Below, in pieces: positions 46,701-60,160 of a stretch of DNA of 64,000 nt. This DNA is from Felis catus. Its lineage: Eukaryota. The stretch lies in contig NC_058377.1 of assembly GCF_018350175.1 (NCBI RefSeq), positions 114,204,001 through 114,268,000 on the forward strand, given 5' to 3'. Under the pieces are notes generated by a model. That model saw only the letters and a list, made by a program, of their open reading frames with translations. It searched no databases and was not told where the DNA came from. The position numbers and the translations under genes were made by a program. Each line of letters begins with the position of its first letter. The stretch's first letter is position 1.

Positions 46701-49489
46701 TCTGATTTGTACATCAGTAGTTAATTCATTCAGAAGCACAAGCATTTCAGTGCTGCTGCTGCTGTTGCCGGACCGTGTCCTCAACGCTGAGGTGGCAGCA
46801 GAAAATGACAGGCCTGGTTCCCGCTCCCGTTTAACTCCTAGACACAGTGGAGTGGGGGGGTGGGGGGTGCTGCAGGGTGCTGTTTTTTGGAGGGTGAGGG
46901 TCTCAGGTGACATTTGTGCCAAGACTTGTAGGAGCAAGGGAGGATCTGAGGCTTACTGGGGCTGAGAACACAGCAAGACAAGGTTCTGTCCCTGGGGCCA
47001 GGCTGGCCTGCTGGGCGTTGGGCAGGGGCACACATCTCATGGGGCCTCCAAGACCCTTGAGAGCCCGTGAGCCCTCACAGCCAATGGGGGCCCTGGGCAG
47101 ATTTGAGCTAAGAAGTGAGATGAACAGGTCTGGGTTTTAGAAGGAGCCCTCTGAGGACTGTGGCCTGGGGCCAGCAGGTGGCCACGGGGGCCTCGAGCAG
47201 TTTCCATGCCCGGGAGGCACCAGGGTGGGAGGCCAGGTTCCTGTCTGGACCCTCTGTCCCCAGGCCAGAGTGCTGTGCTGAGTGTCTGCTCCCCGCGTCT
47301 TCTCTGGGCCTCCCCCCCCAAGGAATCTGAAGTATGGGCCTCGGCATGTCAGATTCTGGCTTCTTCACACTGTGCTGAACTCCCATACCTGGTGCCCTCC
47401 TCCTCATGTCAGAGAAGAAAACAGCACTTCCAATTAGAGGGGAATGTGCTGTGGGGGAGCAGCGTGTGGGGGAGGGGACCCGGGACCCTTCTGCCAGCAT
47501 GGCTTCAGCCTTCCCTTAATGCTGCAACCAGGGACCGGCTCCCCAGGGCCCCACAGCCACGGCACGAAGTGGACGGTGCCCAGCCACAGGCCTGCTGCTG
47601 GCAGAGCTCTCATGTGGATGGAGTTCTGGGGGGTTCTGACCCTCATGCCCTTTTTAACAGGGTAACTCGGGTGCTCCTGGCTTTGGTGCATGGAGCTGCT
47701 GGGCCAGCGTGGTGCTTCCTGGCACCCCACACCCTCCCCAGACCTGCGATGCTCCTGGGCTGTATTGCGTGGGGCTGCGAGGGACAGCCTGGTCCCGTGG
47801 CTGAGCGGACTAACAGGGGCAACCGGGGAGGTGCTATGGGGGACAGGTTGTCTCCACCCCCCTTGGGCTCCCTGATCTATGCCTCTCTCAGGAGTACAGC
47901 CTTCTCTGGAAGCTTCCCTCCACCCTTCCATGACATAGAGACATTCATCTATTTCCCTTTGGCATTTTTCTAATGAAAGGCTGTTTCTTGCTTCTAGTTC
48001 AGTGCTTTGGGGGGAAAAAGAAAGCTCGCCAGTGTTTGTGCTGAAGTATCTGCCCGTGGTGGGGTCATACAGGAAGTAAGGGCACTGGGAGGGGCTGGGC
48101 ACAGGCGGCGTCTCACTGGGCTGTGCTCCCCTCCTTCCTGGTCTGAGTCTGGGCTAAATTTTGCAGCCTAGGCTTTTATACCAGCGGGGAGGGCGGGGCA
48201 GCTTGGCGGGACCCACATCGCCCTATTAGGCGTTGTGGGCTCCTTGCCTGCTGGGCTTCTGAAGCCTGGTGGGGGCGGGGGGGTGGGTGAAGAGAGGCGG
48301 TCACCCGTCCCCTGCCTTGAGCAGACTGGCCTTCCTGACCACGACCTCGCCCGGAGGAGTTAGCGCCGGCGCACCCGCCCCTTGTTTGTAACTGCCGCCA
48401 CGGCTGGCACTCACCTGGGGCCCGAGATGGGCAAGGGAGGGCTGGGGCACATGGGCTTTGCTGCACTAAACAAAGGGGTGCTGTGGAGTTCAGTGAGTCT
48501 CAGCCAACCTGCCACGAGCAGGCCACCTTGCTTCTGCCCAGGCCAGTGGGCGCTTGTCTTGGCCGATGCCAGTGTGGGGGTCAGGAGGGAAGACTGGCCA
48601 GAGGGGGCTGCCGTGCGGCCTGGACGCCCCTGCCCTCTGTGGTCAGCGGTGGCCGGGGGCCAGGCGGGATGACTAGGCAGGCTTCAACAGCCACTTCCAT
48701 TGTTTGGAGTTTGGCTTGACTTGAAGTTGGAACGGAACGATTTTGGTGGCGTGGTGGTGCATTTCTCTGCTTTCTGCATGTGTGCTAATATCCTGGCGCC
48801 CGGCCCTGTGTGGCATACAGCCTGCCTCCTCTCCCATCGAGGCGGCTCTTTCGGCCTGACCTCAGACCTGCTCCCTGGGACCCATGGCTTCTCTGGTGCT
48901 AGGCTCCAGGAAGGCACTTGACCGCCTGCCTCATCCCTGCAGGCCTTCCTCGCCCACCACCTAGGGGTTCTCCCCTGACCGCCTCGGCCGGGTTCACAGA
49001 GGTGCTGGGCAAGTGTGTGAAGAATGCAGGGTGGGCCCCGCTTGGTCACGGACCCGGGCCCAGCCCTAGCTCTCCTCCAACCCCCGTGTCTACATTCTTG
49101 CCTTGTCATAGCAGACTTGGCCCCCACTCGGATGCTAGTACCAGGGTGAGCCTCGGAAGGGGGCCGGGCTGTCACTGCTCCTGCTTTCCCTGGGCCAGGG
49201 TGCAAAGGAAACGGTATGGTGTGTTTGGCGTGACGTGCTGGTGCAGTGGTGGGCTTGGGGCTCTCTTTCTCTCTCTCTGGTTCCTGCCTCTGCTGCCAGG
49301 GCGGAGAGAGAAGCAGAGATGCTCGCCCTGGGAAGTTGGAGCCGACTTGCCTCCTGAGTCAGCTGCATGGCTGCTTGTGACCAGGCTGCCCGGGGCCTGC
49401 TTTCTGCTCAGGACAGCTGAGCTCTGGACCAGCATGGAAACAAGTTGCTTTCCTTTCTAGAGGTGCCCGTCCCCTCTTGGGGGGTGGGG

Positions 49490-49640
49490 TGTTTAAGAAC
49501 AAAGGCTCTGGAGCAGACTTCCAGTATCGTATCTGGGCTTCTCTCCCTGTCTGCCTCGGTGTCGACCTCTGTAGAATGATGTCCAGACACCTGGAGGGCA
49601 ATCGCAGTGTTCTGAGGGGTCTGCCAGCACTGGGCTTGCA
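49490..49640 (+). mobile_element. MIR 5' fragment
   Basis: TTTAAGAACAAAGGCTCTGGAGCAGAC...CTGCCTCGGTGTCGACCTCTGTAGAATG. Confidence 0.5.
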
Positions 49641-50589
49641 CGCAGGTGTCACCCCTGGTGGCACAGGCAAGGGGAATGGGGTGGGGGCGCCGAGCCCCAG
49701 AACTCAGAGGTTCTAGTGACTTGTTCTTTTGTGTCCTTCCCCTCTTGTGTGTACAAGGCTGTTGGCCCCGCAAGGTCTCAGGGAAGCATATGAAGGCTCT
49801 TTCCACCCAGTTCAGGGTGCACCAACTTTGGGCCTCTTGGGCTGGTGCATGCAGAGCCACGTCACAGGTCCTGGCCGCTTGTGTGCAGGGGCACCTGAGC
49901 ACTGGACGGGATTGTGCCTCTCTCCTCTGTGCCCTAGACAGAGTGGAGTGGGGACCTCTGGCCATAGGGGACTGTGTCAGCCCCACTCCAGTGGCTGTCA
50001 CCACAGAAAACCTGCACCGAAGTCAGCTGCCACCTCCCCGCCCAAACCTCACCTCCTGTCTCGTCTCTGTCCTCTGACTCCTGCTGCTGCTGCTGAGGGT
50101 TCCCTGCGTGCTCTCTGCTCGGCTCCAGCCTGGTTTTAGTTGTGGGATGACTCTAGCATTCTCTCTCTCTCTGACCCCATGTGGGTGGTGACCGCTGCGG
50201 CATTGGCTGTCCCAAATAACAGAAGTGGCATCCCTCAGGTCCCTCCCAGGATGTTTCCACTAATGTGGCAACCTCACTGCAATGGAAGGTTTCTTTACAT
50301 TCCAGGGGACAGGCCTGATGCATTGGCTCTAGCTGGCCATGCGTGCTCTTTTGGGGTGCTGGGCCCCTGGATGTGGCCTGGAAGGGGGTGGGGGTCACTG
50401 GGGGTTGGGGCTGAGGAGCCATAGGGGACGGAGCAGATGCTGTGGGCTGGTGGCTTCCCTTCCTTCCTTTCATCTTTGACAGCGTGGGCAATGCCACTCG
50501 TCCTGTGTGGTCGTCTTGCAGAAAGGGACGGAGAAGGCCGGTGAACATGCTGTAGCCACCGCCCGGTGTACAGACAAGGTGTCCCAAAC

Positions 50590-51450
50590 ACGTGTCATCT
50601 TTGTGTTTCTGCATCTTAAGTAAACAGTTCATCACGACATCCCGTATGGGGAGAGCACAGATGCACGGGCTTCTGTGCGTGAGACCGTTTGCTTAACTTC
50701 CCGCCGTGGTTGGGCATTCGGGTTGCTTCCGGGGGTTGGCGGTTGTGAGCGGTGCTGCCGTGCACCGTCCCGGCCCCGTCTTGGTCTCTCCTGCAGACGC
50801 GGTGCACTCTGGGTCGCACGGGAGGTGCACGCGTGACCTCAGAGGACGGCTTTCTCGTGAAGCGCCAGCCCCTTCCTTTTCCGCCAGCAGCTCTCAGTTT
50901 CTCCGTGTCCTCTTCAGCCCTTGTTGTCACCATGGACCCCACCAGCCTGGGGGGGTGGGGTGCTGACTTGTGGTTTCCCTGCCGACTGATGCTGAGCGGC
51001 TGCTCACAGCTTCGTAGCCCTCCTTTCCTCCTTTGGGGACATGTCTTTTCAAAGCTCTTGCCCACTTTTTATTGTCTTATTATTGTTGAGTTTTGAGAGT
51101 GCTTCATCTGTTGTGGATGGAAGCCCTGTGTCACTAAGTGACTTGCAAATATCTCTTCCAGTCTGTGGCTTTGGCTTGTCTTTTCTGAGACACACCCCTC
51201 TTTCCTTTTGATGATGTGCCGCTCAACCGTCGTCGTCGTCGTGTTCTACGGGCCATGCCCTCGGCAGATGGCGTGTTTATGTACCACACTGAGGTCTTGC
51301 TCGTGCTGTTTCCTGGAAGAATTTCCAGTCCGGTGCAGGCCCCTTTCTGTGTATCATGCGAGCTCCTGGGGGGCCAGGGTCAGGCGGGCAGGGTGCCAGG
51401 TTGGGCGTGAGCACCTGTCTCTGTGTGCTTTCCTGGGGCCAGCAGGTGTG
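50590..51450 (-). mobile_element. Old L1M ORF2/3' fragment, GC-shifted
   Basis: TTTCAAAGCTCTTGCCCACTTTTT, TGACTTGCAAATATCTCTTCCAGTCTGTGGCTT. Confidence 0.8.
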
Positions 51451-52339
51451 CAAGCCGCAAAGCTGGGAAGCGAGGAGAGAGGAGTTCTGACACCAGCTGT
51501 GCGCCCACATCCCCGGAAACTCGGAATGTCCGGCTCTCGCTGGCCGTGCCTTTGGGCTTTATGGATCTGTGGTCCGAAAGTGTTCTTTGCACCCTCTTGG
51601 GACCTGGATAATCACTGGTGGAAACGCTTTAGCTGTTGCGTGGCGGTGCTGCCTTCCAGCCAGGAGCCTGTTCACCAGGTCCCTTGTCTTTGCCTGGACA
51701 TTGGAGCTCATCCAGCGTCCTGAAACTGTGCTTGCTTCTTGTGCCAGTTTGACAGAAGTGCCAGGAAAGCAGACGAAGGTTGGATGAAGTTAGCGCGGTA
51801 GTGACCCTTCACCTCCGCTGGAAGGCTGTCAGGAGCATGTCCTAGCACCAGTGGCATGTCATTGAACTCTGAAAGTTGCGTTAAGAGCTCCCTGGGAAGG
51901 TGCCGAGGTGAGGGCACAGTCGATGAAACAGTTCGTGTGAGAAGTCAGCAAGTGCGCGGGCCCTCAACGCGTTCTGAGTGAGGGACACGGCCGTTAACAG
52001 GTCTGGTGATGCCCTGCACGCCTGATGCTAATCCCTGGCGTGGCAACGGGGGACATAACAAGCCGCGTGCCGGGCGCTGTGCGCTAGCAGAGAGTGAGGG
52101 AACGGGGGGGTCGACCGTGGATGGGGGGGCATCTCTGGGAACTGGTGAGGGAGCGGCACGTGAACAGTTGGGAGAGAGAATTGAGGGAGAGCAGGAGCAC
52201 AGCAGCCCCCAGGCGGGCCCGAGCTCCCGTACTCGGCGTGGTCAGGGGCCAGCACGGCCCAGCAGCGTCGGGGGTCACGGGCTGGGGTGGGTGGGGGGAG
52301 AGCCTTAGGAAGAAAGGAGCACAGTTGCCTGGAGGTCAT

Positions 52340-52530
52340 GCGCGTGCACACACATGTGCTCGTACACGTGTACACACCCAACTCATACGTGCATACATAC
52401 AGCTCACACACAACTCACATCCACATAAACACACAAATACACATACACACCCACATATAATCATACACGCACACATACACATAGTCGCAAACACACACAC
52501 CCATGCACACGATATGCAGATAGATACGCA
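52340..52530 (+). repeat. Imperfect (CA)n-rich alternating purine/pyrimidine tract
   Basis: About 190 bp of CACA/CATA/CGCA. Confidence 0.85.
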
Positions 52531-55500
52531 CTCTCTGCTTTGCAGCGTGTGGCTCCTGGAGGAGTCCGTGTGCAGCCTGGCCAGTCCAGACGCTTGTCTT
52601 ATGTAGAGAAAAGCAATAGATGAGGGTGGATCAGCTGCTGGAAAGCTTTCTTTGCCCTCTCGATTGGAAGTTTGCACGTGGCGCGCGGAATCCGCCGTGT
52701 GTGATGTAATGAAAGGGCTTGTGTGGATCTTCTTTATTGCTGGTTTTCCTGGGTGTAAAATGGATATGGAAGTATCTGGTCGCCTCGCTGGGCTAGGAGG
52801 ACGTGTTGAGGTCATGCCCATGGGGCACCGCCCGTAAGGCTTTGGCGTGGAGATGCTCCTTCTGGGAGCCGGCATCGCGCCAGCTGTCACAGATTAAAAA
52901 ATACTGATTCTGTCTCCTGCCTGCCAGGCCTCTGTGGGTGTTTGGGGCTCTCCAGCTTCTCTTCAGTGCTATAAAGGTTCTGTGTTTTCTTCTGAAAGAC
53001 GGTGCCAGTGTGCCCTGAACAGACCATCGTGTCGTGCCTTCTTTGCCAACAAGGCAGGCAGGGTCACAGGTCTGGAGCACCAGAAGAGGATGTCAGAGAG
53101 GACGTGGGAGGGGCTGCTCTCAGGGGCCAATTCGTCTCGGAACTCTGCTCCCTCCTTCCGGCAGGCCTAGGCCAGTTGGCGCTCCAGGAGACGCTGGGGA
53201 TGAGCCCCCACTGTTTACCTTCTCACAAGCCCCTTTCTGTGCCCTGGTCTCTATGCCTCCAGCCCTTGACGTTGGGATCTGCCTGCTCAGAGGCTCTTGG
53301 GGGGGCATAGAACCAAGGTCCAAGGCAGAAACGTTTTCTGAAATACCCAGCCCCTGTCTCTGCCTGGGAGGCGCCTCCTTTCCTACAAGGTTCTTAGATA
53401 ACCAGGAAGGAGGGAGAACCTCCTGTCCAAAAGGTCTGGTAAGCAGGTGCTTCCTTCTTGTGGAGCTGAAGTCGGCAGCAGCTATTCTGGGTTCTTCCAG
53501 AAAATGCTCCCTCCAGGCACGAGGCTTATGAGGAACGGCTCCTACGTGCTGGCCAGGTCCTCACCGGCCAGGCCCGTCAGACGCTGCCTCCTCCCCCTGG
53601 GTGCAGAGAGCGGCGGGACGGTGGGGAGGCGGCTCCGGTGTGCTCCGTGCCCCACAGCCTGGCTGGGAGTTCGAGCCAGCCGTGCGATCACCTGTGTATG
53701 AGGAGGTACGCGGGGCACCTGTGGTCTGGAGACGGGTCCTGCACTGTGGTGTGAGGCTCGCCCGCCTTTGGGCCGTGTCCAGGCCCTGCCGGCTGCAAGC
53801 ACCCTCGTGCTTGGGGACCTTGCCCAGCTGGCCGGCGTCCGGGGGAGCTTTGGGACGGGGCTCCTGTCAGGGTCATTGGGCCGAGGCGAGGGTTTGATGC
53901 CTCTGCACAGTGATGAGCAGATGTCGCCTGCGGTGGCGGTGCCAGCACAGGTGCTCATCCAGGACGTCTGGGCGACTCTGTGGCAGCCGGGTGCAGCCCT
54001 GTTAGCCTCTGCCTCTCTCGTCCTGGCGCCATGACCCCGGCCCAGTCGTGCCACTCCAGCCCAGACTGGCCCTCCCGCCTTCTCCACACGAGTTAGGCCT
54101 TCTGATCACCGCTCTCCCGCTCAGATCCTTCAGGGGTTCCCACACGCCTCAGGCACAGTCCAGATCTCAGCCCCGCTGCCCTGTCTCTTTAGCCACCCTG
54201 CACGGCTCTCCTGGTGGCCGGAGCTCTCCTTCCCAGGGGTCTGCGTGTGCTGTTCCCTGCACAGACCCTTCTTTTCCTCATCCCTCGGGCCTCACTCGTC
54301 TGGACCCTCCCTCACAGCCTGTCGGGGTCGGACGCTCGTGTGTGCTCAGGGCTGGGTGAGCTCGCTCCCTGTCCCACCCAGAGTGTCGAGTGAAGGGCAG
54401 GGAGGTGCAGAGCCTGTGAGTGTGGGCAGAGCGCCTCTCTCTTTCACAACACACACACACGCCACCTGTAAGCCACGCACGCTCCTTGCGCAGGCTCCCT
54501 GCAGAGGCAATCCCGTTCTCCGGAGCAACACTCCGCCTGAGGCTGCATAGCGCGTGTGGGAGAGTCGGGGGGACCCCAGCAAGCCCAAGGCCACCATGCC
54601 GTCACGCTCTGCTCGGCACTCAGGGCACCCTCGGCCCGGCCACGTGTCCGCTGCCCGTGATAGGTGTTGGCTTCTGGAGAGAGAGCCAGGAGGGCAGGAT
54701 TACCGGTGTTCACTTTTCAAAGTCAGATGCCCCCAGGAGCCAGCGGGTCAGTTGAGGGTGAAGGGTGAAGCCATCTTCCCCACATTGGCAAGGAGCGCAC
54801 ATGCTTTCCTGTCCAGGTCACTCTGCAGTTGAAGGGATCCACGGAGCCCCCGGTGGCCGCCGCTTACCCCTGGACTCTCCCAGGGCTGGATGTCAGGCCT
54901 TCTCCCTGTGGCAGTCCAGTGGAGGACCGGTGTCCGCGGTGGCCTGCGGGGCCTCAGCTTGGTGGCAGGCGGAACGTGTGTGCACGTGTCTGTGTGCCAG
55001 GGGGGCGGGGATTGGGGTTTTCCGCGGCCAGACGGCAGAGCCCTGAGGGCGTGCGGGGCTTCTCCAGAATGACCGCACCAGAAAGACATTTTTCCGTCCT
55101 CTCTTCCTCGTTTAACTCCTGGCTGGCCTACGCACCTGTCAACACTCTTTTTGTGCCCTCAGTGTGCCAGGTGCGCTCCAAGTACAGAGTGTACCGCCGA
55201 GGAAGTGGCACACAGCCTGGCCCCCTGAGCTGGCGGTTCTCGGGGGTGGGGGTGGGGTAGAGTCACAACGCAGTTCTGTGCAGCCCGGCCGGATGGGTGC
55301 TCCGTCCACAGCTGTGTGTTGCTGGGGGAGTGGCACCCGCCCAGCACCCTCACTCCCTCCTGGCGTCTGCCATGCTTGTAGACAGAGTCACTGTTCTGTC
55401 CCGGCCCTGGGCCTCCCACGGAGGAGAGAGCGGTAAGCGTGCGCAGGTGCCTGGCTGGGGTCCGACTGCTGTGGCGGGAGACACTGGGATGACGTTGGCT

Positions 55501-56489
55501 CGGTGTGCTGGGCACTTGGGGTGCCAGGGCCCTGTCGCTCCAGTCCTGTAAGGCACTGGGGTCAGAAGCAACATGCAGGAGGTGGGAGAGGAGGAGGCAG
55601 GCTCCTGGCAGAGCACCTGGAGGAGGCGGGAGCAGCTGTGTGCCGGCTGGATGCAGGGGTGGGGGGCTGGGTCCGCGTCACGGTGCTTGACCCACAGCAG
55701 GAGACGCGGGCACTCACACTGCCCGGCCCTGGGCCTGCTGCTGCCTTCAGCTGGAGTCCGCTTACTTCAGATGGACAGTGCATTTTTCTCCTGAGAAACC
55801 CGGCCCCGGGCAGGCGCCGTGGCCCGCGGACGCCCTTCTGCCGCAGCAGCCCTTTCCTGGGGTGACGCGGTGCTTCGAGACGTGCCAGTGAGTGAGCACG
55901 CAGGCAGCATCCCGGGACAGGGGAACGGACTGAGGGCGGGCACAGGCGGGAGGAGGGAGACTTGTCAACCACCACGGTCCCGCAGTGAGAGGGACGGGGG
56001 GCTTCGGCCAGGGTGGACCCGCCGACCGCAGATAGAGCCTCGAGGACACGCTGGTGGACGGGTGTGGGTAGGGGCTGGGAGGATGCCAGAGGGGCCGTGC
56101 TGGAAGGGGGAACTTAAGGCGACCTCGGGACGGGTGGAGCAAGGACGCGTGACGGGAGCCGTTCTCGACACACGCCGCGCCTGTTGAGAGGGTCCAGCCC
56201 TGCGGGTGTTAGCGTGCGCGTGCGCGAGCCTCGGAGCCCTCTCCCCAGTCAGGGAAGTGAGCCCACCCGTCACCTCCAAAAGGTACCGCGTGACTTCTTT
56301 CCCACTCCCTTCCAGGTGACCGCTGGCACGCCTCTGTGGTCACGGGTTAGTGAAATTGTCCGGCCGTTTACGGGAGGGAGTCTGACAGCAGAGTGTGAGG
56401 CCCCCGCACGCTGCGTGCATCCGGTGTCTCCTGTCTGCAGTCGGGCGGGGCCCCGTGGTGCCGACCGGCCCCAGCTTAGTGGTCCGCTT

Positions 56490-57260
56490 TCCTGCTGGCG
56501 GCCACGGGGGCTGTTTTCACATGTCGGCCGACACGGATGAAGCTGCTCTGGACGCGCGTGCAGGTCTTTGTACAGACACGCGCCTTCCCTTCGGTGGGTC
56601 GCCTGGGTCGTACGACACACGTGCGTTCAACATCTTCAGAAACCGTCAGACCGTGTTCTGCAGCCACCACGCCACTTGTCTTTGTGCCAGCGGCGCGTGA
56701 CAGCCCCAGAGCGAGCCCGTCATCGGCACTGGGTGCTGGCAGTGTCGGTCAGAGAGCCCTTGTGAGGGAGGGAGGCGGGGTCTCGTGGTTGCGGTCCGCG
56801 CTTCCTCATGACCTCCAGGTCTTCTCAGTGCCGACTATTCAGACCTTTTGCCCGTTTTCTACGGAGTCTGTGTTCGTGTTGAGTCTTAGGGGGCGATTAA
56901 GCATTCTGGATGCAAGCCCTTAGTCAGACACGTGTTTTAAGAGGGGTCCGCAAGCAGCTGCCTGGGGGGGAGGGGGGGCGTGGGCTCGCAGGAGGCCCGC
57001 TGCTCGGGTCATCGTCTGTTTCCCATGTTTCATTTCGGATAGCCTCCGTGGTCGCAGCTTCAAGTTCATGCATCTTTGCTTCTTTGCTCTGGCCGTGTTC
57101 GGTTGGCCGTTAATCCTACCCAGAGTACTTGTCATCGCCCGTGTTATCCTTTCATTTCCGTGTCCAGAAATTCAATTGGGATCTTAAAAGAAACCTTCCC
57201 TGTCTCCGTGACGTGCTCAGTGTTTCCTCCAGTTTCTGCAGCAGGCGGGACTCCGTTGTG
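56490..57260 (-). mobile_element. Old L1MB-like fragment, GC-shifted
   Basis: TTCAACATCTTCAGAAACCGTCAGACCGTGTTC; CTATTCAGACCTTTTGCCCGTTTT; CATTCTGGATGCAAGCCCTTAGTCAGA. Confidence 0.8.
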
Positions 57261-59189
57261 ACAACCTTCTAACGTTTTCTCATTCTGTCATCTGGCCATT
57301 TCGGGGTCCTTTTCCATCAGTTATTTGACTCTTAACAATGACTTGCATTTTCCTCCTTCCTTGAAGGCTTCCAACTAGACACAAGACGACATGTGCTCTG
57401 CCTTTTTTGGTGCTGGATGTCTTTGTATGTTTCTAGCTATTCTTGAGCTGTGTTTCTTGGACTCTGTTGGGAAATGATTGAACCTTTTTAGTTCTTGTGT
57501 ATGTTCTTTGTTTGCTGGGATTCTGGCAGGGTCTCACGTGGAGCTGGTTCTCCTCCCGCTGATGCTGAAGTCCTCGAGTATCGCATCTGATGCCATGAGT
57601 CGTTTCTCCACTCTGGCCAGGGTGCCCCTTTTCCCTGCATGAGCCCCAAGGATGGTCCCTGTAACCTTCCCAGGTGGCTCGCTCCCCCCTCGGTAGTTAG
57701 TGCCCTCGCACCACCCATCCCGGCCGGTGGGGCCCTCGGCAGATCTGTGCAGCGCTGTCCTTGTGGGTCCCCTGCCCCCAGCCCCCCGGCGGAGACTCCT
57801 CAACCCAGGGTCTGCTGGGCCCCTCCCTGCATGCAGACTTACCTTGTCTGCTCCCATCCCGGGGTCACTGTGCCGTGTTGTCTGGTGTCCAGGATCTTGA
57901 AAGCTGTCACATATTTTATCCAGTGTCCTGTTGTTTGAAGCAGCAGGTAAAATCCGGTCCCCGTTACCCCACCTTGACCAGAGTGGACGCCCCAACTGGA
58001 AGTTTTGTTTTGAGGACGTTCCGGGTTAGAGGTCGTGCTCAGACTGGCCGCCCATGGTTGCTCTGTAACGCCGTCTCCCTCCTTACGTGCCTGTGAAGTT
58101 CAGTCTGCGCACACGTAGCAAAGCTGAGTGAGGTTTGAAATCACTTTTATCTCCCCAGACTTGCTTTCTTCAGCGTATGAAAGCGACGGGCCGTTTGATG
58201 GCAGAGAAAGGCAGCCCTTGGCCTTAACGTTTCCGTCTGCTCCTTCCGTAGCAAGCCCGGTGCAGTGTGTTTAGGGGTGCATGCCAGCTGCTCCTGACTG
58301 GTCCTGCTGAGTTTGCAGCCACATCCCGGCCAGCCACCCTGTGACCACTGGGCCAGGCAGGGCAGCCGGGGTCCCACCCTGCCCCCCGGCACAGGACCAC
58401 CCACAGAGCCCCTGAGCAAGTCGGGAACGGTGGGTTTCCAGAAGCTCCTGGCTGCACACGAGAAGAGCAAGACTTGAGCTGCCACCCATGCAGGTTAGAG
58501 GGGCAGCTTGGGAGGAGTGCACATCCCCACCCAGGCCGAGCGGAGGTGGGCCTGGGTGTGAGGAAATGGGCCGTGGTCTCGGCAGCAGAGCGCCGGCTCC
58601 CTCCTTGCCTGGCGGTTCCGGAGGAGGCACCCCAGTCACCACTAGCTGCGCTAACTCAGACTTTGCTTTCCAAGTACGCATGCGCCCTGCACGGTTCTCG
58701 CTTCCATTTGTTGTGAAAGCTGATGGTGCCCCTGGCTGAGTGTGGACCATGCCCGAAGAGCCCGGTGAACGCCCTCACCCCTGCCACGCGCCTGTGTGCC
58801 CCCGGTCCGCCCTGCTCCCCACCTGACAGAGTGGGCTGCTGCCGTTGGTTTTTCCGGGGACGTCGCCGTGGACCTGACTTCTCAGAGTGCCAGTTTACAC
58901 GCACGTGGGCCATGCATAACGTCAGTGTGTGTCGTGTTATAACGCCCTGCTGCCCGGGGCTTGACCAGGCGTGACCACGCCTGGGCCATGCTGGCCGTTC
59001 CGAGGGAGCCTCAGCGCACTGAAAGAGGGGAGCTGCCACCAGGTGTTCACGGGGAGGCCCGTCTCTTGGCGGGGGGCCGGATTCATGGCCGGATTTTATA
59101 GGAGTGTGTTGTTAAGGGTGAGGTTTCAGCAGGCACGTGAGTCCGAAGCTCCGTTTCTGAACTTACATCCAGTGTGACCCTAATCTTGC

Positions 59190-60160
59190 CGTTCCCTTTT
59201 CTTCACCCCATTGCCCAAGCTGTTCTGAAACAAATTCTGGACGTCGTGACATTTGGTCTGTAAGTGTCTTCGTGTGCGCACGAAGGGTAGGGCCGCTTTT
59301 CCTTGCACAGAGGACATTTCGTTACCATGTCAGAGCAGCAATCCGTAGTAACGTCAAACATCCGGTCTGTGTTCATGTTTTCTCCAGTTTCTTACAACTG
59401 TTTTTTTAGTGTTTGGATTCAAAGAAAGTCCATGCATCGTGGTTGGTTGACAGGTTTTATAACTTTCTCTTTTTTAACTTTATATCTCGAAATAAAAACT
59501 CACAAAAAATTGCAAAAACATCACAGAGAATCCAGTGTCCACTTCAGCCAGCCCTAAGTGGTGACATTGCACACCACTGGGGTGTAAGGGGGTGACGTTG
59601 GCACAGTGCTGTTCACCAGGCCACAGACTTTATTCAGCGAGTCCTCAGTCCACAGGCGCTGCTCCTTCTTCTACCCCCTGCGGTCACACTGATGAAACCA
59701 GGCAGCTTCTCCTGTGGTGTCACCCAGCCGTCCTTGTGGTCCAGCCTAGCATGTTCCTCTGTGTGTCCCGTAAGCTGTCGGCTCTCCTGAGACACTAGTT
59801 GGGTCGTGTTCTTCTTATGTGGGGGCAAGACTCGCTGTCAGTGGTGGTGGGCTTCCAGTAGGAGGCTTGCACTCTGGCTGTTGTGACTGGTGTGTGGCCC
59901 TCGTGACCACTGGCCGCCCAGAATCGCTGCTTTGTTAGGCGTTGCACAAAGGCTGTATCTCTGCATCCTTCCTGGTCGGTTAGATGGAATACTTCTGTAA
60001 AGAAAACCTTCTCCTCTTCTAACTAACTGGGCAGCTTGAGAAGCAGGATAAATACTCAATCCTTCCTTTAATTGACTGTCTTTCAACATGCAGATTTGTG
60101 TTTTTGCCATTTCCGAAGGTAAACAACCAGGTGTTTTGGTAAAAAGTATCGTTAGATGAA
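59190..60160 (-). mobile_element. L1MC-type 3' region
   Basis: TTCTGAAACAAATTCTGGACGTCGTGAC; CACAAAAAATTGCAAAAACATCACAGAGAATCC; GCAGGATAAATACTCAAT. Confidence 0.75.

Noticed and set aside
53390-53438. Possible 49-nt cryptic exon (AAG|G ... CTG|GTAAGC)
   Set aside because: Weak AAG acceptor and no clear branch point; less supported than the 45043 and 47998 candidates.
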